DNA of 32,000 nucleotides from Neisseria sicca (GTDB lineage Bacteria; Pseudomonadota; Gammaproteobacteria; Burkholderiales; Neisseriaceae): NCBI RefSeq assembly GCF_014054945.1, contig NZ_CP059566.1, positions 2,142,729 to 2,174,728 of the forward strand, read 5' to 3'. Shown piece by piece: positions 18,259 to 23,835 of this stretch (position 1 is its first letter; each line of letters starts with the position of its first letter). The notes under the pieces were generated by a model. It saw only the letters and a program-made list of their open reading frames with translations, ran no database searches and was not told where the DNA came from. The position numbers and the translations under genes were made by a program.

Positions 18259-18297
18259 GGGTCGTCTGAAACTGCTTTTCCCGTTTTCAGACGACCT
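18259..18297 (+). terminator. Inverted DUS pair hairpin between the two M16 peptidase genes
   Basis: GGGTCGTCTGAA at 18259-18270 pairs with TTCAGACGACCT at 18286-18297. No T-run follows (CCGAACC), so terminator function is doubtful. Confidence 0.35.
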
Positions 18298-18404
18298 CCG
18301 AACCGACCCCGCCCGAAGTGGCACATGACTCGGAACGGGACGGAATACGGCGCCAAACCGCCCTTCCGCCCCGGCAACCGGGTTAAACCGCAAAGGAATA
18401 TCCG

Positions 18405-19703
18405 ATGAAATCCCTTCCCCTCATATTAGCCCTCGCCTTCTCCACCGCCGCGCAGGCAGGCGTGGACATCCAACGCTGGACCACCGGCAACGGCACAGAA
18501 GTCCTTTTGGTCGAGCAACACGACAACCCCATCGTCGATATGCAGGTCAACTTCAAAGGCGCGGGCAGCGTGTTCAACCCCGAAGGCAAAAGCGAAGTGG
18601 CGGAATTCACCGCCGCCCTGCTGACCGACGGCACGGAAAAGCTGGACGAAGAAGCCTTTAATGCCGCCGCCGACGATATTGCCGCCCAAATCGACAGCAG
18701 CAGCGGACAGGAAAGCTCTGCCGCCGTCTTGCGCAGCCTGAGCCGCCCCGAAACGCTCAAAAAAGCCGCCGGACTGCTCAACCAATCCCTGACGCACCCC
18801 CGTTTTGACCCCGCCGTGTTCGACCGCCGTCAAAAAGAGGCGGTGACCACCCTCCAGCAACAGGAAACCACCCCCGACTTCACCGCCGGACGCGCCCTGA
18901 CCAAACTTGCCTATCCCGACCACCCATACGGCAGCGGCGCCAATATCACCGCGGAGAGCATCCGCAAAGTCAACCTTGACGACATCCGCGCGTTCCACCG
19001 CAGCCGCTACGGCAAAGACAACGCCATCGTCGCCATCGTCGGCGACATCAACCGCAAACAAGCCGACCAGCTTGTGAAAAACGTGTTGAACGGCCTGCCC
19101 GACCGCAGCAAAGCCGCCCACACCGTCCCGCCTGTCAAACCCAATCCGGCACAACGCCGCGACATCCCGTTTGCCGGCGAACAGGCGCAAGTCTTGCTCG
19201 GTATGCCGCTGATTAAACGCCACGACCCCGACTATTACGCCTTGGTTGCCGGCAACTACATCCTCGGCGGCGGCGGTTTTGACAGCCGCCTGATGAAAGT
19301 TTTGCGCGACCGTTACGGCTACACCTACGGCGTATACAGCAACCTCGAACCGGCGACCGAAGCGGGTATGTTCACCATAGCCTATTCCACCCAGAAGAAA
19401 AACACCAAAGATTCACTCGTACAGGCTCAGGCGGTCATCAAACAATTCATCGAAGAAGGCCCGACCGAAGAAGAACTGGCACAAGCCAAAGCCAACATCA
19501 TCGGCAGCTTCCCCCTGCGTTTCGACTCCAACGCCAAACTGGTGAAATACCTCAGCATCATCGGTTATCACAACCTGCCCAACGACTATCTCGAAGCCTA
19601 CCCCAAAGCCATCGGCAAATTGACCGTGGCGCAAGTCAAAGACGCTTGGAAGCGCCGCGTCAAACCTGAAGATTTGCACATTGTCGTCGTCGGTGCCGAA
19701 TAA
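18405..19703 (+). CDS. M16-family peptidase-like protein lacking the HxxEH motif (probable non-catalytic partner), 432 aa
   Basis: RBS AAAGGAA precedes the ATG. The signal peptide is MKSLPLILALAFSTAAQA. M16 C-terminal-type domains are present (..YGKDNAIVAIVGDI.., ..GGGFDSRLMKVLRDRYGYTYGVYS..). No HxxEH motif is visible. Confidence 0.8.
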   Translation: MKSLPLILALAFSTAAQAGVDIQRWTTGNGTEVLLVEQHDNPIVDMQVNFKGAGSVFNPEGKSEVAEFTAALLTDGTEKLDEEAFNAAADDIAAQIDSSSGQESSAAVLRSLSRPETLKKAAGLLNQSLTHPRFDPAVFDRRQKEAVTTLQQQETTPDFTAGRALTKLAYPDHPYGSGANITAESIRKVNLDDIRAFHRSRYGKDNAIVAIVGDINRKQADQLVKNVLNGLPDRSKAAHTVPPVKPNPAQRRDIPFAGEQAQVLLGMPLIKRHDPDYYALVAGNYILGGGGFDSRLMKVLRDRYGYTYGVYSNLEPATEAGMFTIAYSTQKKNTKDSLVQAQAVIKQFIEEGPTEEELAQAKANIIGSFPLRFDSNAKLVKYLSIIGYHNLPNDYLEAYPKAIGKLTVAQVKDAWKRRVKPEDLHIVVVGAE

Positions 19704-19789
19704 TCCCTCCGCCCATCCTTGTCCGACGGATACGGTCTGTCGGGCAGGGCTTGAGGGGAACGGCGGCTCCATTCCGCCGCACAGCAAAA

Positions 19790-19866
19790 AGGTCGTCTGA
19801 AAGCGCAGCTTCAACAATATCCCAACAGACATTGCGAAGCTGCGCCCGACAGTTTTCAGACGACCC
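19790..19866 (+). terminator. Long nested hairpin: an outer DUS pair enclosing an inner 10-bp inverted repeat
   Basis: The outer pair is AGGTCGTCTGAA 19790-19801 and TTCAGACGACCC 19855-19866. The inner pair is GCGCAGCTTC 19803-19812 and GAAGCTGCGC 19836-19845. Confidence 0.45.
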
Positions 19867-19942
19867 TTCCGACCATTCGTACCCCGTAAACGCCCTTCGG
19901 AAGAATTCTCCCCGCCCGCCCGCAAAAACCGTCAAAATCCCT

Positions 19943-19948
19943 TATAAT
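19943..19948 (+). promoter_or_regulatory. Candidate -10 box (TATAAT) upstream of murA
   Basis: A perfect TATAAT lies about 70 nt upstream of the murA GTG. No convincing -35 is present. Confidence 0.3.
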
Positions 19949-20018
19949 TCCGAACCTAAACGAATCCCGTCCTGCCGGCAACGCCGTCGGGACTTGTCTT
20001 AACAACGAAAGAAACACT

Positions 20019-21272
20019 GTGGACAAACTCAAAATCACCGCCAACGGCCCGCTCAACGGCGAAATCACCGTATCCGGCGCGAAAAACGCCGCCCTGCCGC
20101 TGATGTGCGCCGGACTCTTGACCTCCGGCACCCTGCGCCTGAAAAACGTACCCATGCTCGCCGACGTCAAAACCACCCAAAAACTGCTGCAAGGCATGGG
20201 CGCGCGCGTTTTGACCGACAACATTCACGAATTCGAAATCAACGGCGGCACCGTCAACAACACCTGCGCCCCCTACGAACTGGTGAAAACCATGCGCGCC
20301 TCCATCCTCGTGCTCGGCCCGACGCTGGCGCGTTTCGGCGAAGCCCAAGTCAGCCTGCCCGGCGGCTGCGCCATCGGTTCGCGCCCCGTCGACCAGCACC
20401 TCAAAGGCCTCGAAACCATGGGTGCGGAAATCACCATCGAACACGGCTACGTCAAAGCCAAAGGCCGTCTGAAAGGCACGCGCGTTGTCATGGACGTCGT
20501 TACCGTCGGCGGTACGGAAAACCTGCTGATGGCGGCAACCCTCGCCGAAGGCACGACCATCCTCGAAAACTGCGCCATCGAACCCGAAGTCGTCGATTTG
20601 GCGGAATGCCTCGTCAAAATGGGCGCGAAAATCAGCGGCATCGGCACATCAACCATGACCGTCGAAGGCGTAAAAGAGCTGCACGGCTGCGAACACAGCG
20701 TCGTGCCCGACCGCATCGAAGCCGGTACCTTCCTCTGCGCCGTCGCCATGACCGGCGGCAAAGTCGTCCTGCGCAACGCCGCCCCCAAAACCATGGAAGC
20801 CGTATTGGACAAACTCGTCGAAGCGGGCGCGATCATCGAAGCGGGCGACGACTGGATTTCCATCGACATGCAGCAGCGTCCCAAAGCCGTGGACATCCGC
20901 ACCGTCGTCCACCCCGGCTTCCCGACCGACATGCAGGCGCAGTTTATGGCGATGAACGCCGTTGCCGAAGGCGACAGCCGCGTCGTCGAAACCATCTTTG
21001 AAAACCGCTTCATGCACGTTCCCGAACTCAACCGCATGGGCGCGAACATCACCACCGAAGGCAACACCGCCTTCGTCAAAGGCGTGGAAAAACTCTCCGG
21101 CGCCGTCGTGATGGCGACCGACCTGCGCGCCTCCGCCAGCCTCGTTATGGCAGGCTTGGTCGCCGGTGGCGAAACCATCGTCGAACGCATCTACCACCTC
21201 GACCGCGGCTACGAACACATCGAGAAAAAACTCGGCAAAGTCGGCGCGAAAATCGAGCGTGTACGCGGTTAA
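20019..21272 (+). CDS. murA: UDP-N-acetylglucosamine 1-carboxyvinyltransferase MurA, 417 aa
   Basis: GTG start. The N-terminus [31 protein letters not shown] is classical MurA, with the active-site loop ..[19 protein letters not shown].. and the C-terminal ..[16 protein letters not shown].. Confidence 0.95.
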   Translation: MDKLKITANGPLNGEITVSGAKNAALPLMCAGLLTSGTLRLKNVPMLADVKTTQKLLQGMGARVLTDNIHEFEINGGTVNNTCAPYELVKTMRASILVLGPTLARFGEAQVSLPGGCAIGSRPVDQHLKGLETMGAEITIEHGYVKAKGRLKGTRVVMDVVTVGGTENLLMAATLAEGTTILENCAIEPEVVDLAECLVKMGAKISGIGTSTMTVEGVKELHGCEHSVVPDRIEAGTFLCAVAMTGGKVVLRNAAPKTMEAVLDKLVEAGAIIEAGDDWISIDMQQRPKAVDIRTVVHPGFPTDMQAQFMAMNAVAEGDSRVVETIFENRFMHVPELNRMGANITTEGNTAFVKGVEKLSGAVVMATDLRASASLVMAGLVAGGETIVERIYHLDRGYEHIEKKLGKVGAKIERVRG

Positions 21273-21288
21273 GAGCCTTGTGTGAAAA

Positions 21289-21327
21289 AGGTCGTCTGAA
21301 ACGCCCCATCCCGATTTCAGACGACCC
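21289..21327 (+). terminator. Inverted DUS pair hairpin downstream of murA
   Basis: AGGTCGTCTGAA at 21289-21300 pairs with TTCAGACGACCC at 21316-21327. It has no strong T-run. Confidence 0.5.
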
Positions 21328-21373
21328 CGAGCCTCCATTTCAGACCCAAACCGACCACCATGAGGGGATCATC

Positions 21374-21991
21374 ATGAACTTCAACAACCTGCTCAATCAA
21401 ATCTTGGGAACCGTTCAAAAAAGCGGCAAATCCGTTTCCGACAGCCCGCTCAATTCTTTTGGCGGCGGCGCTTTAGTCGGCGGACTGGCGTCCATGCTGA
21501 TGAAGAAAAAAACCGCCAAATCGCTGGTCAAAGTCGGCTCCGTGGCGGCTTTGGGTTATCTGGCGTATCAGGGTTATCAAAACTGGCAGAAAAACAAGCA
21601 GCAGGAAGCCGTGCCGCAAGGCGCGTTCGAGCCTGCCGGACTGCTCGCCGAAACACACAGCCGCGTGATTTTGCGCACCATGATTGCCGCCGCGGCTTCG
21701 GACGGTCTGATTGACGACGCGGAAAAACAAGTCATCGCCCGTGAAAGCGGCGACGACCCCGAAACCGCCGCATGGCTTGCCGCCGAATACGCCAATCCGG
21801 CAACGGTAGAAGAACTCGCCGCCGCCGTCGGCAACGATCAGGCATTGGCAGCGGAAACCTATCTGGCGGCACGATTGGTCTGCGCAGACTTGTCACGCAA
21901 AGAAATCGTCTTCCTCAGCCGCCTGTCGCAAGCCTTGGGACTGGACGACAATCTGGTGGAAAGCTTGGAAAAACAGCTGGAATTGGCATAA
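21374..21991 (+). CDS. DUF533/YebE-like (TerB-fold) inner-membrane protein, 205 aa
   Basis: ATG at 21374 follows GAGGGG. There is a glycine-rich hydrophobic segment (FGGGALVGGLASMLM ... VGSVAALGYLAY) and then a C-terminal domain (..ILRTMIAAAASDGLIDDAEKQVI..YLAARLVCADLSRKEIVFLSRLSQALGL..) typical of the DUF533 tellurite-resistance TerB-like family. Confidence 0.75.
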   Translation: MNFNNLLNQILGTVQKSGKSVSDSPLNSFGGGALVGGLASMLMKKKTAKSLVKVGSVAALGYLAYQGYQNWQKNKQQEAVPQGAFEPAGLLAETHSRVILRTMIAAAASDGLIDDAEKQVIARESGDDPETAAWLAAEYANPATVEELAAAVGNDQALAAETYLAARLVCADLSRKEIVFLSRLSQALGLDDNLVESLEKQLELA

Positions 21992-21998
21992 CGCTTTG

Positions 21999-22014
21999 TA
22001 TAGTGGATTAACCT
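21999..22014. repeat. Lone Correia terminal inverted repeat
   Basis: TATAGTGGATTAACCT lies directly after the DUF533 stop. No partner repeat is present. Confidence 0.5.
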
Positions 22015-22040
22015 TTGCCTGAACACCCGATTCAATGCCA

Positions 22041-22072
22041 AGGGGTCGTCTGAAAAGTTTCAGACGACCCCT
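22041..22072 (+). terminator. Tight inverted DUS pair with a T-run; DUF533 gene terminator
   Basis: AGGGGTCGTCTGAAAAGTTTCAGACGACCCCT is followed by TTTC. Confidence 0.65.
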
Positions 22073-22264
22073 TTTCAACATAACGGGCAGGCTTGTCTTT
22101 TCCTCCACCCGATCGCAAAAGAACGAGAAAGGGCAGCTTTCGGCTACGCAGCATACAGTCCGCAAACCATGCTTTCCCGACAGACCGAAAGAAAACCGTT
22201 TACCCGATACGGCTGCGCCCGTTTTGAAATCGCCCTTTTTCCCGAAACCCGACCCAATCAAAAA

Positions 22265-22292
22265 AGGTCGTCTGAAACTTTTCAGACGACCT
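22265..22292 (-). terminator. Tight inverted DUS pair; terminator of the minus-strand mini-ORF cluster
   Basis: AGGTCGTCTGAA at 22265-22276 pairs with TTCAGACGACCT at 22281-22292. On the minus strand the hairpin is followed by TTTTTTGAT. It lies 44 nt after the stop of mini-ORF A. Confidence 0.7.
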
Positions 22293-22335
22293 TTGCTTTG
22301 ACTTCCGACAGCTTGGGGATTAAAACAGCCCGAGC

Positions 22336-22443
22336 TTATTTTTTAATCGCGGTACGCATATTGTCGGCGATGTGGGTCGCGCCTGCGGTCAGACCGGACA
22401 TACCGATCAACGATGCGGCGGCGAGTTTGATCAATTCTTTCAT
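22336..22443 (-). CDS. Mini-ORF A, 35 aa: MKELIKLAAASLIGMSGLTAGATHIADNMRTAIKK
   Basis: Translated by hand; it runs ATG to TAA with AAGAGA upstream. It is a paralogue of ORFs B and C. Against B, the first 23 codons carry 11 synonymous and 2 non-synonymous differences. The N-terminus is signal-peptide-like with an AGA motif. Confidence 0.7.
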   Translation of the reverse strand: MKELIKLAAASLIGMSGLTAGATHIADNMRTAIKK

Positions 22444-22478
22444 TTTGAGTCTCTTTCTTGTGTTTGTGTTGCGGATGT

Positions 22479-22548
22479 TATAGTGGATTAACTTTCAACC
22501 AGTACGGCGTTGTCTCGCCTTGTCCTGATTTAAATTTAATCCAATATA
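22479..22548. mobile_element. Minimal Correia-type element (~70 bp) between mini-ORFs B and A
   Basis: TATAGTGGATTAACTTTCAACCAGTACGGCGTTGTCTCGCCTTGTCCTGATTTAAATTTAATCCAATATA. Confidence 0.8.
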
Positions 22549-22564
22549 TCGTCGGGTCGGCTGA

Positions 22565-22669
22565 TTATTTGCCGGCTTCGGCGATGTTTTTGGCGGCGGT
22601 CGTCGCGCTGGCGGTCAGACCGGACATGCCAATCAGGGAGGCGGCTGCCAATTTAATTAAGTTTTTCAT
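22565..22669 (-). CDS. Mini-ORF B, 34 aa: MKNLIKLAAASLIGMSGLTASATTAAKNIAEAGK
   Basis: Translated by hand; it runs ATG to TAA with GAAAGAGAG upstream. It is a paralogue of A and C (see A). An in-frame ATG two codons upstream is an alternative start. Confidence 0.7.
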   Translation of the reverse strand: MKNLIKLAAASLIGMSGLTASATTAAKNIAEAGK

Positions 22670-22840
22670 GGTCATCTCTCTTTCTTTTGTTCCCGCCGCC
22701 GAACTGGGCGGTCTGCGGTTCGCGCTTGTGTCGGCATCTGATGCCGGAATCGGTTGAAAGCCAAAAGCCGCTCCGCCGCGGGGGGGAAGGTTGTTTGTGG
22801 GGGTTTGGGAAGCGTTTAAAATATTTCGTTTGTTTTCAAA

Positions 22841-22948
22841 TTATTTTTTTGCAGCGGTTTCGATATTGCGGGCAACCATAGAGGCTGAAGCGGTAACACC
22901 GGCCATACCGATTAAAGAGGCTGCGGCCAAGGTCAATAAATTTTTCAT
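22841..22948 (-). CDS. Mini-ORF C, 35 aa: MKNLLTLAAASLIGMAGVTASASMVARNIETAAKK
   Basis: Translated by hand; it runs ATG to TAA, with AAGGA 9 nt upstream of the ATG. It has the same length and architecture as A and B, with the conserved core LAAASLIGM.G.TA.A and C-terminal ..N(I/M)..A.KK. Confidence 0.65.
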   Translation of the reverse strand: MKNLLTLAAASLIGMAGVTASASMVARNIETAAKK

Positions 22949-23057
22949 TTCGGGCAATCCTTTTACATATTAATCAAATGTTATTTAACAACATTTGTAT
23001 TCGTTGCCGACATGTCTGCCATATCGACAGATGTCATGATACCGCCTTAATTGATAA

Positions 23058-23065
23058 ATTATACA
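23058..23065 (-). promoter_or_regulatory. Candidate extended -10 (minus strand TGTATAAT) for the mini-ORF cluster
   Basis: The reverse complement of 23058-23065 is TGTATAAT, about 110 nt upstream of the ORF C ATG. No good -35 is present. Confidence 0.25.
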
Positions 23066-23138
23066 GTTTTTTTGTAAAGAAAATAGCGGTATAAATGCTA
23101 TAATGTAATTATTTTGATAAATTATTTTTAGTTTTGAA

Positions 23139-23176
23139 AATGACACCGATGTCTTGCAGAATGACACCGATGTCTT
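23139..23176. promoter_or_regulatory. Two identical 17-bp direct repeats (AATGACACCGATGTCTT) with 21-bp periodicity; candidate regulator binding site upstream of mini-ORF C
   Basis: The copies are at 23139-23155 and 23160-23176. They sit in an AT-rich non-coding stretch about 190-230 bp upstream of the mini-ORF C ATG. The repeat is certain; the regulatory role is inferred. Confidence 0.45.
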
Positions 23177-23835
23177 AGTTACAAGCCGATTACAAATTGT
23201 TTATTTTAGAATAGATGCTCTCGGATTTTTTGTTGCCAAATTACATCATTTTAGAAAATTTTAAAATTTTCCTTTTATTTTTCAATTAGATAAAAAACAA
23301 CACTTTTCCGCTTGGATTTTGGGTTTTTAGCCTCAGACTATAATCGCCATTGCCATTTTTTAAATGATCTATCCATTTTTGGCAAAAACAGGTCGTCTGA
23401 AACCAAAATCCCTGCCCGACAAACCGGAATCCGCTGTTTTCTTGTGAAATCGCTCATTAAATAAATCTCTCATCTGACGTTGCGGCATTGTTCCGCTTTG
23501 CCCAAAATGGGCGGTTTTTCCAAGCTGTCGGCGGTAAAAGCTCTGTTTGGACGTAACGAAACGTGCAAAACTTGTTTTCAGGTTTTCAGACGACCTGTTT
23601 GTATTTATGGGTTGGATGGGTCGTCTGAAAAGGCTTTCTGTTTCGTCGATGCCGTTCATGCCTCAATCAAATTGATTCAGATTGATTCAGTTCGACTGCT
23701 GCGCCCTGCGTTCTGAAATCCGCTGCTCGACATCGTTTATCAGCCATTCCGCCCTATCCTATGCAAGCGCGCAGCGAGCTTGCCCTGCAAACATGCTATA
23801 TTGCCGTTTTTGCTTTTTCCGTTTTCAGACGACCT

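Noticed and set aside
21505-21512. A8/T8 and A7/T7 homopolymers inside CDSs as phase-variation switches: 21505-21512 in DUF533, 9862-9869 in the immunity-like ORF, about 4843-4849 in tamB and about 10921-10927 in mutS
   Set aside because: Poly-A/T runs of this length are common and usually stable. They encode lysine or phenylalanine runs consistent with the proteins. Without population data there is no evidence of slippage.
21893-22261. 122-aa minus-strand ORF and 88-104-aa plus-strand ORFs in the 22035-22300 interval
   Set aside because: They cross DUS hairpins (RGRLK.FRRP strings), and the minus-strand one overlaps the 3' end of the DUF533 gene. They lack start context. The interval is better treated as non-coding (see the sRNA/remnant finding).
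22169-22973. Plus-strand ORFs 22169-22483, 22458-22757 and 22791-22973 (60-104 aa), which share a repeated motif (AVRPD.PI..AAA.LI.F)
   Set aside because: They are antisense shadows of the three minus-strand mini-ORFs. The nucleotide differences between copies fall on third positions of the minus frame. The plus ORFs have no RBS. Two of them run through a Correia element, and one through a DUS terminator. They also differ in length outside the mirrored motif.
22985-23167. 60-aa minus-strand ORF in the AT-rich region upstream of the mini-ORF cluster
   Set aside because: It has no RBS and a low-complexity I/Y/N/K-rich translation of the kind expected by chance in AT-rich DNA. It overlaps the direct repeats and the candidate promoter. 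I treat it as non-coding, although Ribo-seq could revisit this.
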